From contig OZ296648.1 of the NCBI GenBank assembly GCA_965655095.1, positions 66,216,001 through 66,280,000 on the forward strand: 64,000 bases of DNA, given 5' to 3'. Source of the stretch: Haplodiscus bocki. Taxonomy: Eukaryota. Position numbers and translations under genes: made by a program. The notes beneath the pieces are model-generated. The model saw only the letters and a list, made by a program, of their open reading frames with translations. It had not been told where the DNA came from and ran no database searches. Position 1 is the first letter of the stretch. Every line of letters starts with the position of its first letter. This document shows, in pieces, positions 24,091 to 37,555 of this stretch.

Positions 24091-27000
24091 CCGAAATCTT
24101 GCAGTTAGCAAGTAAAAGTAGAAAAGGCACCTATTGAGAGAAAGACATTCCTCCATGTTATAAATATGGCGGAAAACAATGATCAATTTAAAGTAAGTTA
24201 GTGGTTGAATGCGACGACGCAATAGAACACAAGGCGCAGATACGGAATTGAGAGCGGTATCGCCTAATCTATCAAAATTCCCAAAACACAACTCTATAAC
24301 CGTTCAAAAGCAATTCTACCCTTCAGGATTCAAGTTAATCAAGTTATGGTTGCAATCCACTTAATAGTCTCTACGAAGAACAACTTTGAAAAAAGACGCC
24401 AGCCAAAAATGTTCGTATGAAAATTAAGGTTGAAGAAACTTAATTTTGGAAATCATCAAATTTATGAAATAGGATATTCCTGCTTCTTCGAAAAATCTCT
24501 ACAATGAGGCTTTTTGAATGGGCTCTTGATAGGCGGAATACGACTCACAATGGGCGAGAAAAACAATTTTGCAAAGAGAAGCAATTCAGACGTTTTCCAA
24601 TTAGAAATTACAAGTCCAGAAACTTCCCGTGGAAAGAAAAAAGTTTGTTACCCCAGTTTCTTTGCAGATTCCACACAACGAAGACTTTGGTATGCACCCG
24701 CTGGTCGCAATCCAATGAAAGCAACTTTTTCGACTTCAAAATTCTAAACACACCTCCAGACCCTTTGTGAGGTGGGAAATAAATGGGACGTTCATGTTAC
24801 TCCCTCGATTGCCCTTATTATGGCGTTTCGAATGAACATTGAATGACCACAACCCAAGCAGTAATTTGCGAGAAAAAAATTCGAAAAATAAGCAAGTAAT
24901 AAGTCTTCCATTCATGAATAGAAAGAAGTTCAAAATATTTTTATGTAGAGTAGGTAACGTGGGATGCGTGACATGCCCATTCCTTCACAGCTTCTCTATA
25001 CTGCAAGATTTTGGGTGATCAGTGGATAGCTGCAATCCATTTAGTAGTCTTCAAGCAAAACATTCAGAAAAAAAGACACAAGTAAAACATTTTGGAATCT
25101 CGATCGTATAAATTAAAACATTTCGCGAGAGTAGTAAAACACGGTACACATTGGTTCTCTCGCAAACTCTCCATGAAGTTTGAATGCGGGAACCGATGGT
25201 TAACAGCAAATTCTCCGTTTTCCGGGATTTCGAATGAGCACTAAATGGCAGCAACGCGCCTAGTGTAGTTTGAAACACACAGTTTTGTATACAAACTAAA
25301 TCGAAAAGATTTTGAATTCCAAACAAGAATGCCACATGTTTCGATGCAAAACTAGAAAAAGGACATTCCCTGAACTCCACAGAATGTGGATTTTGAAGAT
25401 GTTGACACATGCGCAAGCAAATGTTAGATCGCAGGCTTTTAGCACTTTTTTTGCCGATCCGTCAAAAACAGGAATTTTTTTCAAGATCCTAAAATTGCCC
25501 AGCTTTCCTTCATCCGTTTTCATTTTCTTGCAAAATTTTTCCATGCATTCTTGTTCAGTTGCAAATTTTTGTTCACGTAGCCTATTTTCCCATATGAAGG
25601 CTTATGTTACACAAAAAGCCAAATATCTGCATATGCCTTTCACACTTGTTAAACTCCAAAAAAGTTCTGAAAAAGTTTACAGAAATTAACACACGGACAT
25701 AAATTTTTGTTCAGTTAAATAGTCAGTTGATCACTGGTACTTGGATCGTTCAAAAATCAAATGTATTCAAGTTGTTCACTGGTATTCCGTTGGCGCAAGT
25801 GTTGCGAAGCTCAGCCTCGCCTCTGTGTTAAATGGCAGTGGATGTCTGCAACCAGAAGAACAAAAAAAGAGCCCAGAAAAATGGTTGAGACTTTGCCATT
25901 GTTTATAAAATAAAAAGTCAACAGTGTCAGAGTCAGACTTATCCAATTAGACACATTCGATAGTTCACTTTCGTCTGGTTTGATTATTTTTCATTAATTC
26001 AATCCCCATGTGTGCAAAGCGCAAAGCATGTTGAGCAAGCCAGCAATTTCAATTTCTCGCCAACGCTCTAATTAACCTATTGGCTGACAACTACAGTCAA
26101 TTCGAAGTTTGAATGCATAGGAAAAAAGTGAATAATGATGCTATTCCATAGAACTGCAAATGCAACACAGAGGCGAAGGTATGCTCTGCAGATTTGACAA
26201 ACAAAGTTCCTCTAACTTTCCGAAATTTCTAACGACCCGTCAAAACCGAAAACGAGCATGTAGAGGTTGATCCGAAATTTCCTCGAAACATTGAAGCTAA
26301 TTCAAACACCTTAAGCAGCTGAAACTTGCCAGACTGTGCCTGGACATTATTTAGACAGTGTTGGATGGGCGCAATCTCACATGCGTTTTCCAATTGTAAG
26401 TTCAGACGGAAAATATAAAAGTGCGGAAACGACTGCAATTGCAAAATTGCAGATATTCTAAACAAAAAGAATTTGGATGACCGAAGCAGAACGTAATCCC
26501 AATATTAGCTAGTTACAGAAGTTCATTTGACGAACATGTTTTAAAAACTTTGAGTTTGAGAACCAAAGTTGAAAACTACTTCACGATATTTTTGGAAAAA
26601 CATGATCCTAAGTGCTACCCAGAAGCTCCAATCAACTGGTCGCTGAATTGGTGCCTATAAGACCCAATCCAACCAGATTGGGTAACCAAAAAAACGACAC
26701 AAGAAAAACTACATCCAGTTGGAAGCACATTTTTAGATACTTGGCAAATAAGGCAAAACTTCACCATCCCAGTTACGCCTCCAAAATTTCAATTTTTGAC
26801 TAATCGCCAATTTTTATTTCAGAGCTAGATGGGCTCAATGGGACCACTTTTGAATGAGCAAAAAACGATTTCACGAATAAAGCCAATGAAATCATCCTTT
26901 TCACTTTGGAGAAAAGTAAAGGTTCTTCCCCACGAGAAGTTCAAAAGTTTACATGTTGGATGCTTCTCAAAGTTTCCACGCAGCGAATGTTTAAAAAAAA

Positions 27001-30000
27001 CTCCACGGACCCTATCCAATCAGTATTCATCAGTATAGTCAGTTTAAACGATCAACGCAAAAAATTCTCCGACTTTTTGAAGACAAACTACTGAATTTCG
27101 TAACGAAAGTTGAAAAAAGATCATCCATCCCAGCTGCTCATCAGAAATTCCGAGAATCAAGATAAATGAGTCAGCACTGCAGTGACCTAAACCGATTAAA
27201 ACTCCTTCAAAAAACAGTTAGTACAAACAACACGCAAAAGAACAATTTTGATTTCTGGACAACAAGTTGAGATGTGTCACAACTAATGCAACAGAACTTC
27301 AACAAAACATGCAGTTGAAGGTTTGAGTTCAACACTGCCAACTTTTTATATGATGTTGATAACATAAGCCTTGCCATGAGGTTCTTTTTGATTGTTTCCC
27401 CTGAAAAATTCACCGGTCATTTCAGTTTTCGAAAATGGGAAACAAAGTTCTGATTATGGAATTCTGCAAATTGAAGAAAAAACGTTTCTAATGAAGAAAA
27501 GGAGCTCTATTTTTCACAAACAGAAATGCGCAAAACAAGCATGAGCTTCAGAATTCAGAGTTTACCGGAATTTGAACGGTCAGCAAAAGAGTAGAAACTG
27601 TCCGGTCGACTGTAATAGACTTGCTTCGTTACAGTGTGTAAGTCTCACATTTAGGTAAAATTGAACTCAGCAAACACTTCCAAAACAGTCTGCTTCATAA
27701 AAAACAGTTTATATTACTGAGAGAACAACTGAATTCAGATTTGTAATGACAGTTTGTTGCAAGCGACACATGCACTTTACATTCCACCACCACTAAACAA
27801 AGCATCGTATTTTCTGTGACTTAATGTCATGCTGTTGCATTCCAATGCAGGAAAGTGAAATCAAAGCCTGCGCAAAAACAGCTTTCTAGACTGAATAAAA
27901 CTGTCAATGCGTTAGTAATTTTCTGTATCGAAGGTGTCAAAATGGCACAGAACATTGAATTTATGCAACGTCGGAACCAGTACAGGCGAAAACTTTTGCA
28001 AAGCAGAAATCTTTGATACTCCACTTGACCGCTGGTAGCCAAATTATTGCTCAACGGCCACAATCTAACTAATAAACACCAAAAACAAACTATCCACCAA
28101 ACCAAACAAAAAGCATCTATTTCCATTTCAAATTTCAGATATTAGACAGAAAAAGTCCAGCAGCAAATGTATCTGCTAATTCACAGGTTTTCCAAACAAT
28201 GAAAAGTCCAAGTAGCACTGAAGGGACGTAATGGAATCACAGGTAGTCAAGAGCATCACTTTCAACTGTGTGCGTTAAAGAGAAGACCCTTGATTTCTCG
28301 ATTCAAACGTTTGACATCTCTTCAGCAAAGTACAAAAAGATCAATACCTAAGCCATAAACCTCGACAGGGAGCATTTGATTGGGTTGAAACTATTGAAAG
28401 TATTTTTTCAGAATTTTATTGAAGAAAACACAATAGAGGCTTTATTAAGCTTTTCAGCAGAACCTCTAAGCAAAGAGCAGCTGAGTCAGCGCCAAGTGGT
28501 TTCATCCCACTAGTAATTGACAACAATATTTTCAATGATTTTTGCCAATAAATACATTATTGGATTCTCAAGTGCAAATAAAGATTTTTCGCGGATAAAT
28601 CATGAAAATGCAGTTCCTGTCGTGAAACGAATTCTCTGGAAGAACATATTCAGAAAATATTGAAGCGGTTGCAACCCAATCGATAGTCAACAACAAAGGA
28701 CATTGAAGCAAATGCGTCAGCCAGCTTTTTGTTGTTTCAATCGCTGCGAATTGACAGTTTTCATTGGCTGGAAGATATTTGGCCGCGAATTCTTGCTTTC
28801 ACTGTAGATATGTGCGAGTAAAATAATTATTAAAAAGCTGGCGACTTTCCCTACGTCTTGAATGTATTTCGGCCATATGCTTGTTATCTGCGGCAGAGTT
28901 AAATTTACTCAAGAAGGGTCCCGGGTCAAAATGCCTGCCTTTTCAAAAAAAGCTACTCGCGTTTTTTGTGTAACGCATGCAAAGTCATGTGCTGACTGCA
29001 TGTTAAAAAATTGTATAGGTTGAAGTTTTCTCTGAACGAAAATTGCATGTAGAACTACCTGACAATCCTTGACAAAATAAATAATGCACAGTTGTTCCTG
29101 AATGGCTTTAGAAGAAAGGATGCCAAAAACCGAACAATCAAAAAGATAAGAAAATTGGAAAAGAAAAGTGAGACTAAACTTTCGTGAACGAATATAGCTG
29201 AACGAATTTCAACAAGAAACTCGACTTTTATTCGACAAGCTAAAAATACAACTTCGTCTGCTGAAGCACTTCTCGAATACCAGTTGCAATTTGCATAAGG
29301 ACTTCGAACTTCGCAATATTGTTATAGTCTCTGCTGGCTGATAACTTAATCATCTATTTTAGCAAGGCTTCCAAGGAGCAGGTGCAACACAAGTTCCTTT
29401 TGAAAAAAAACTAGGCAGTGACAATGAGACATATTGAACTGGACAAACTGTCCAGAAATTTTCAAATCTGAGCTTCATCGTTTCAGGTAAGTCTTGCAAT
29501 TGGCATCATTGACTTATCTCAATGCAATAAATATCGAGCAGCTCCTCATCAATGACACTAAAAGCAAAGATGCGCAGGAAGAAACAAACGAACAAAATGA
29601 TGATGCGAAAAACGAAACATAAACAGAGATATTATTTTCCTTAAAAAACGAAGCAACCGGCAAACACTCTTACTGAAAAACACAAGTAATCTTTATGCTG
29701 ACCGCAAATGACCAAAGCCTGTTATTAGTTCAACAGCATAGGAATGTGATTTTAGTGAGTAATATGAGTAACATAACGGAGATTTCTTGACCAAAAACAA
29801 TTGTTTGTATCAATTACTGAGAAGAATTGAATGTCAGCACATTTTCTGCACAAGTTTGTTGTCTGAATGTCGCAGAACAGTCAGAAATGTCAAAAACACC
29901 AACATAGCTGAACAACCTTCAGCGAGAAATATAACTCTTGCTTAGAAAACTAAAAAAAATACAACTTTGAATATTGGAGTACTTTTTGAGTCCCGTATGA

Positions 30001-30167
30001 AAGATGCGTCAGAACATCAAACTGCTCAACTTCTCTGCTGGCCGACAATTTAGTCTCGTGCCACGTGGAAAACATGAAATTTCTAAAATGGAAGATTATT
30101 TCACCAAAATTTCAGTACCATTCCTTCTAGGGATTAATGCCGATCTGAACTAAGCAAAACATGGTCA

Positions 30168-30937
30168 CCCGGGTTGACTGCCACAGTCAAACATGACGAT
30201 CATGCTATGACATGGTATGATCATGGTGATTCATACTCGCCATGGTATGATCAAGATAATATCATGTAATGGTCATCATGAAATATAGCATGATCATGGT
30301 ATGGCCGTCATGGAAAACAGCATGACCATGCCATGGTGACCATGGCCATTATTATATCGTAATCCGGACGCTAATTATCCAACCAACTCTGTTAATTAGT
30401 GCCCAGGTGGTAGTCCGTTACTTTTTAACGCGGAATATGTTGAACAAACCCATCAGAAACTACCAGAACAACATTTACTAAAATGGATCTCTCTCAAATT
30501 TTTGAAATTACAAAAAATAATAAAAAACTGTACTATGTATAGTGTACTGAAACTGCTGTGTAATAAGAACTTGCTGTTTCGTTATTACCGAAGAAAACTC
30601 TAAGATTACCTAGAGTGTTCTTTGTTTAGTATTACTGACTCGCCGCTTTAGACGCGTTAATTCCTCTAAGGCCAGTCAAGTGTGCCTTATAATAGTATAT
30701 GACACCAACTATTCGAGAAACAATTGACAAACAAACCATTCATTGTTTTAAAAAAAACATGCAAAGCATGGTATGAATCATGGAAAGCATGGTAATCATA
30801 CCATGATCATGCCATGAATCATGACGGCCATGCTAAGAAACATGGCCGCCGTGCCGGTATCATGGCATGATCATGATTATGTTTCACCATGATTATGGCA
30901 AGATCATGCCACGGCAGGCATGTTTTTCCAACCCGGG
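30168..30937. mobile_element. MITE / non-autonomous DNA transposon (CACTA/EnSpm-like) with CATG-rich subterminal arrays
   Basis: TIRs CCCGGGTTG (30168) and CAACCCGGG (30929-30937), flanked by a CA dinucleotide on both sides. About 170-180 bp of CATG/CATGG/CATGAT repeats lie inside each end. No ORF. Confidence 0.8.
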
Positions 30938-32039
30938 CAAATTATCATGAAGCCATTGAGTGGATGGAGAAAAGTTATTGTTCTAACAATACTATCTCAC
31001 TTCCCTCATATTACTTAGATGGAGGTTTTCGCCTACATTTCTTGCAAAATAGAATCGTGTAAACCTCTTTGTTGTTTTTTTTAATCACAATTCTGCCTTT
31101 AATTGTTACTTTTACTGGCGATTTCAGCAAATATCAAGATGGAATGACCAAAGATTTATCTTAATTGCATGCGGCCTCAGGTAAAATACGATGAGCTACC
31201 TGCAGAATTACAGATAATCAATACTTGCGAAGGTTTTTTACCTGCATCCGCAGGCAGAATTAAATGCGGGGCCATTTAGGTGCAACCTGCGCTTTCTTTA
31301 CAGTGTAATGGTTGTTTGATGATGGCTTCCGTAAATGGAGTTCGCTTCCCGATGTCCGCCGCTCTAAAATCCGCCAACCATGCCAATTTGCATGGCTTGC
31401 GTGAGTAGCCGCTAAGTAATTAGATTTTTGGGGCTTTATTGCTGAAAATAATTAATCAAACTCTATAGTCATTTCTGGGTTAAATTCCCTCGATTATCCA
31501 CTGGAATATTTGCCGCGAGAATGTGGCGGAATATCAAGGGATTAGAACATTTTCCTATAATTTGTTGAATTTTCTTAAAAAGAAACGAAACCGTTCAAAA
31601 CATCACGTATTTCAAGCCTTGCAAGACGCTTTAGCCGTTACCATCTTGTTTTATTATTGAACCGTATAATGAAGAGTTTATTTCTCTTCGCATGATCTTG
31701 TCAGTGTTTTTGTTGGAGCAGAGTATTTACCGCTATGGCTTTCATTTTTTCCAACGATTAGAACGATGAACTATTTGAGTAACTTGAACAATGTTTCCTG
31801 TCCGTTTGTCCATCAGGCCTCTTTAATAGCACCAATTTGTTCAATGGAAAATTGATTCGACAGATTAAATACACTTTGAGATTTTCGAATAACACAAAAA
31901 CAAAAAAATCAACCATTTTTTGAAAGAAAACGGTTCAATTCTTCGACTAAAAATTCATTTCCTTTGCGAATAATATAATGATAAACTCGGCCCCCTCGTT
32001 ACATTACAAGGCTCCACAAGACAGAGCACTCCTATATCA

Positions 32040-32245
32040 CTAATTTATGGAAAGCAGAAGATTCACGTCATCTTGAAGCCTACGGCTCAAGTGCATCGGA
32101 TCATGAAAGGCTTGCCAAGATGCAATAATATGCTTACCAAGATCTTGGCAAGAAATTGGTATGATCTTATCGAAGCAATCAAGATCATGCACAATAATGG
32201 CAACACTGCCAGGCGTCTTGCCAAACCTACCAAGATTTTTCCACG
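32040..32245. repeat. Degenerate MITE subterminal array built on the palindrome CTTGCCAAGATCTTGGCAAG
   Basis: The motif recurs here and at ~63465-63640 in a KAT5 intron. Confidence 0.45.
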
Positions 32246-34219
32246 TGTAAAGCAAAGCCTATAATGAATTTTCCAGGTTGATGGACAAGCCGGTTAAGAT
32301 TTGTTCCAAAGAACTTCCTCAGTCGAAAGCTGACTTGTTTTCATGATTTTCTTTCTGGATAATCAGACCTGCATTCTCTTTTCGTTCACTGACTTTCAAC
32401 GCCAAAACGAATAAAATGAAGCTGAAAAACGAAGTGTAACGTCATTAGAGTGCATAATTTTGCACCAACAGTTTTCAAAAATCAATGAACAACAAATGGG
32501 TTCTTTCGTTTTTCCCTGAACTTCAATTGACTGCTCTACTTTGACACCTTCGGGTGAAAAGAGGATTCAAAGCTTCAAAAAGTCAAGAGATCTTCCAAAC
32601 ATGGGTTTTCCCGAAAAAATCATTTTCAGATTTCTTTTTTCAAACTGAGAAAAGGTAAAAATCATCTTCCCGAGTTGCTATTATTCATTTTAAGCATGGT
32701 AATCTACAATTTGTGGGAAAAATTGAGCATGATACCAAGATATGAAAATGTAAGGAAAAAAAATGTGATCGGTTGGAAACTGCTGTAACTTTTGCAAAGA
32801 CTCATACTGAGAAGGCAAGTCTGTATATCTTCTGAATTTTGCAGTCTTGTCTGGCTAGGACTTGGTCACTGACACTCGCAGAACTATCACGACCCATAGG
32901 TGCTTACAGCGGTTTTGGCAAGTGTAAGGGCGTTAGGATGTTTTATTAAAAAGCCACTTCCGGCAGTGGCGTTTTTGCCACTGTAGAGCCAACTTAGCGG
33001 CCTTTTACTGTTGCAGGACAACTGAGAAGCCCTCGTTCCACCCCTGTCCCTTGCCTGCAGAAAAGACACTCCAAGACTAAGAATGACGCTCAGATTTTTT
33101 TAAATGTTTAAAACAATCATCTGTTCTTACATTTATTGTACATGTAAATTGATCCGTATTATATACGGATCAACTTTGAGAACTGATACGGATGAAAACG
33201 GAAAAGTTACGGGAGAAACTAACATTCAGAAGAGCTTTTCATTAAAAAAAATGCTACGTTTGTAATAATTTTTTATTTGTTTTGATATACATCCAACTTC
33301 CAAGTTAATATAAAGTGATTGGCTGCAATAGGTGCTATTTTAGACAGTGCAGCTTAATGTTGGAGTCCACAGCAGCGTGGCTGTTAGGCAAAAAAAATGA
33401 CTCTATGAGTGAGTATTTGTCCCGTACGTTTTCCATCGTTAATAGTCAGGTGCGGTCATAACCATTCCGACCACTCAGCAGTGCCGGAAAACTCTACTGA
33501 ATAAGGAATGAATCTGTATTCAGCCCTACTTTGCGCTCAACTTGAATGATTTGACTGACGTTACTAGTAAATACGGAGGTTCTCCGAAAACTAGCAGTAG
33601 TTAATCGAAAGAACAAGGTGTAAACTAGTTTCTCGTCATTTTTCACCCTAGATACAGATACACTAATGGAAGATTATATGTACGAGTCATAATCGTTTTT
33701 TTTCACTTTTAGGACCAGTTCTGTATTCTTTCCATGCTTGCTTCTTCAATCATAAACTTTCCATTTTCTTGATTAAGGGATTATTTAATTTATGGAATTC
33801 ACCGTAATTCAATCCTAAACAAAAATTCGACGTGGGAATAGTTGGTTTGATGTCTATTTCTGACCGATGAAATCCGTCCATTTTCTGTCGAAAGACGGAA
33901 ACGACGCGTACTATGAGAAGCAAAATGGATGGGAAGGTGTTCAGTTTGCCCCAAAGTTAGCATTTTTACTTCGATTTTCAATCATGAAAGCACTTTTTTA
34001 AATTGTACGTTGACTTGGCATGTAAACAATTATGTTTCCGCCAAGGATAATTTTTGAACGGGAGAAACGAAAATACGATGACACACAATGAAATTACTAA
34101 CGTTACAGAACAGTAATGTTATTCCCAAAAACTAGACTATTAAAATTACCCGAATATTAAGGCAGAAAAATATTTAATGCAGTCTGGAAACAAGGGTGAT
34201 CAGTTTTTCTTTCTCAAAT

Positions 34220-36695
34220 ATGGCAACTCTGAGGACAAAACAATAAGTTAGCAGCCATCAACCTGGATAATCGTGCGGATCAACCGAGAAATTTTCAGGC
34301 TCCGAACAAGGACGCAAATTTTCCCAAAATTCACGAAGATTATAATGCTCAGGTGACAAGGGAAATTGAGGGTAGAGTGGCAGAAAAACTCTCTTAGCAC
34401 TCCAGAGGGACATAGAGGCGCATTTTGAGCTCACTTTCCAAACTAGAGGAATATCTTCTGAACCCACAAGCCCGGGTTGATTCCGGACCCGTTCCAGAGA
34501 GGTCGTGGAATATATATAGAGAGGACCATAGAACGATTGAAGATTGTCCTCAAAATGATCCTCATCGTGAACTGAGTTTCTCCCAGAGCCTGTCTTCACA
34601 AAAATTCAGCCCAAAAGAGATGTTTCACATTGTAACAGGAGTTCAAGAAGAAATTTAGTATTGCTCCCCTGGGACTTATTCAGAAAAACTAAAGAAGACG
34701 CGCTCCACAACTCAGCCATAAGTCTGCAGTGAAAACACCCCTGCGACAATTGCAGCAGACTGGATATTATTGGCCCTTCAACAGTTGGCGATCAATGGCA
34801 ATTGCGCCAATTTCAAGAGCAACATCAACCGAATTTCTGAGCTACCAAGGTCACTCAACAGAAATATGCCCACCTTGATGGGATATATGAACATTTTGAA
34901 TTGTTTGAAGATCTCACTGAAACAAGCCTGAAGATTCAAAACCACCTGACTGAAGAAAACGCCACCATTTATTTTCACTCTCTCATGAGCAGTGATGCGT
35001 TGCAGACATTCAAAAACAACTGCAGGCCACCTCGTGGCAATCTGGGAGAAATTCTGGTAATTTTCCGTAAAAAATATGCCAAAGCTCAATCAATGGCCAC
35101 AGTAAAGCGCACATTTCACAAAGGTGTCTCCGACCCATCAAAGTAAAAATCAACTCAGCCATAAGTCTGCAGTGAAAACACCCCTGCGACAATTGCAGCA
35201 GACTGGATATTATTGGCCCTTCAACAGTTGGCGATCAATGGCAATTGCGCCAATTTCAAGAGCAACATCAACCGAATTTCTGAGCTACCAAGGTCACTCA
35301 ACAGAAATATGCCCACCTTGATGGGATATATGAACATTTTGAATTGTTTGAAGATCTCACTGAAACAAGCCTGAAGATTCAAAACCACCTGACTGAAGAA
35401 AACGCCACCATTTATTTTCACTCTCTCATGAGCAGTGATGCGTTGCAGACATTCAAAAACAACTGCAGGCCACCTCGTGGCAATCTGGGAGAAATTCTGG
35501 TAATTTTCCGTAAAAAATATGCCAAAGCTCAATCAATGGCCACAGTAAAGCGCACATTTCACAAAGGTGTCTCCGACCCATCAAAGTAAAAGTTAGTGGA
35601 CTTTGTTGACGAACTCCAAAGACGCAAAAACTGCATTAGGAGTAATTGCTCAAACCAGAAACGAACAAGTCAGCTTTGCCAAAAAACCATAACACCTGAA
35701 GAAACTGACAAACCAGGTTTGCTTGGAGAGCGGCACATGTGAACAAATTGCAATACATTTGGAATGATATTGAAAAGTGAAGTGTTTGGAAAACCATGAT
35801 GAACTGAAGTAAACACACTGCGCCAGTATGTCACTGTAAAAAAACAAGAAATTACAAAAATCAAATCCGTCAGCTGAAAAAAAGGTAAAGAACAAGCTGA
35901 GTACGCAAGAAATAGTTCCGGAAACAGTAACAGTGCACCCAAAAACTCCAACTACAAGAAACAAAAAAAACAAAGACTACAAGGAAAAGGCAGAAAACCA
36001 AAAACTGTCTACCATTCCTGTGAGACATATGGCGAAAAGAACCACTCCTCAGAGAGATGATGTTCTGGAGCCAACGTAACAAACATTCCTAATCTCCGGA
36101 ACAAAACACGGGCACGACAAAACGAAGTTCAACAAAGTAACACCCAAAGCAATACAAACGAAGGTTTCCAGGCTGCAGCCCAACCTTTAAAGTTGAGATG
36201 TTACGTCTTTACTCCGGAACCACGACTAACGCACCGATAACCACCAGAACAATACCTCCACCAGTCTCAAAAGTTGTCTGACAGCAACCTCCGGTGACAT
36301 GAGTGGTAACAACCGACTTAGATACTAAAAACAAGGACCCCACTATTGAGCCTACCCAAAGTACCCACACGCCCGAGTCAGAGCTGGGAACTGATGTGAA
36401 ATCACAAACGTCACCAATAAAACGAACAACATCGCAAAAATGAAGATCCAATACGGAACCGGTCCCAGTAAGTGACACGAGGAATTGGCCCTTACCGTGC
36501 CTTAAAAACTCCGAAAACATTCATTCCGAAACTCAGTCAAAAAAAAGAGCGAATTGATAGCTAATTGTAATGGGAATGACGATAATTCTCCTCTCAGAAT
36601 AACAAGACCAAAGAAAAGCGTTTGAGAGCTGAAAACACGAAAGAGCTTTCCAATCCGCCGTCCTCCAATGGAGTTCTCAAACGGAAAAAAAGTTT
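34220..36695 (+). mobile_element. Decayed Gypsy-type gag remnant (truncated near the protease)
   Basis: Starts ATGGCAACTCTG. Capsid-like fragments (FEDLTETSLKI...YFHSLMSSDALQTFKN...LGEILVIFRKKY) and a degenerate Cys-knuckle near 36020-36070. Many stops and frameshifts. Confidence 0.6.
34708..35591 (+). repeat. Tandem duplication: 34708-35148 and 35151-35591 (441 bp each, AT spacer)
   Basis: Nucleotide runs match, and identical ORF translations occur at an offset of 443 (34901/35344 and 34778/35221). Confidence 0.95.
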
Positions 36696-36699
36696 TGGC

Positions 36700-37555
36700 G
36701 AGGATGATTGAGTAGTTATTAATTTGATGACAATTTTTGGATTTGTTGTGACCGGTGTGATGATGGGTCATGTTGTATTGGGATTCATTCTGTGAGAAAC
36801 TGTAGGACTCGATTTGTTTCGTTGGTTTGTCCTGTCACCATATGATAATATTGTGGTGGCTGTTTAATATGTGTCCCTCTCACGGGAAATTCACTTGCTT
36901 CGTCAATAATTTGCTCTTGGAACTCATCTTTCACATTTGATATTTTGTTTGTAATAAGTCTGTCGAATATCTTTTGAAAAACGTGAGTGATCGCCACTAG
37001 TTTGCCATTTTCCAAACTTACACTGATGCTGACAGCGTTCAGTCTAGTTAACGTCTTCGATGGTTTGACTGTTGTTTCAATCCGTGGTTTTATATTGTCC
37101 GCTGGCGCTAACATAGCGCTCTAGATCCTATCCTTAACTCTTTCGATGAAGTTCCAACCCTATCAGTGGGATTCCTGTACAACATTTGAATATCCACTGT
37201 CTCCTTGTTGGTTGCCACTACAATTTTAGTATTAATAACAGTAAATTCGCTGCAACAGTTTTTCTTCCGCTGTTCAGTGCGCCGCCAGTTAAATTAACGT
37301 GGTCGAAGTCATCTAATTGGATAGGAAGACTGCAGTTTTGCAGTTTCTTTTTTGGATTGAAACCATGTTTTTTTTTCAACAAATGACTTTCGGTGAGAAT
37401 GATTTTGGCCAGTTCAAACAGCAACACTTAACAAACAAAATGTGGCTGAACAATTCAAGCGACACATCAAAGATTTTCAATCTGTTAAGATTGTTTCCAA
37501 GCAAAAGGTTTCAACGAATGCCTTTGATCGCCGCGTTTCCCTACATAGGTTGTCA
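36700..37555 (-). mobile_element. Truncated 5' leader and gag start of a Gypsy family related to 49628-50496
   Basis: Diverged direct repeat of 49628-50496; gag-like ATG (MVSI...) at 37366. Confidence 0.7.

Noticed and set aside
25790-26195. Inverted repeat CGCCTCTGTGTT / AACACAGAGGCG, with a related sequence at ~56930
   Set aside because: The repeats point outward, so they are probably ends of separate degraded MITEs, and no partner ends could be located.
26229-30120. Possible decayed gene or transposase (ATQVPFEK fragment near 29385)
   Set aside because: No sustained ORF or diagnostic motif.
30180-30350. CRISPR array or His/Met-rich coding repeat
   Set aside because: The context is eukaryotic, the CATG units are irregular with no repeat-spacer periodicity, there is no ORF, and they are explained as MITE arms.
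36700-37555. Treating the 36700-37555 / 49628-50496 repeats as a normal LTR pair
   Set aside because: They contain the gag start codon and coding sequence, lack a clear CA end and PPT, and the 49628 copy runs directly on into gag.
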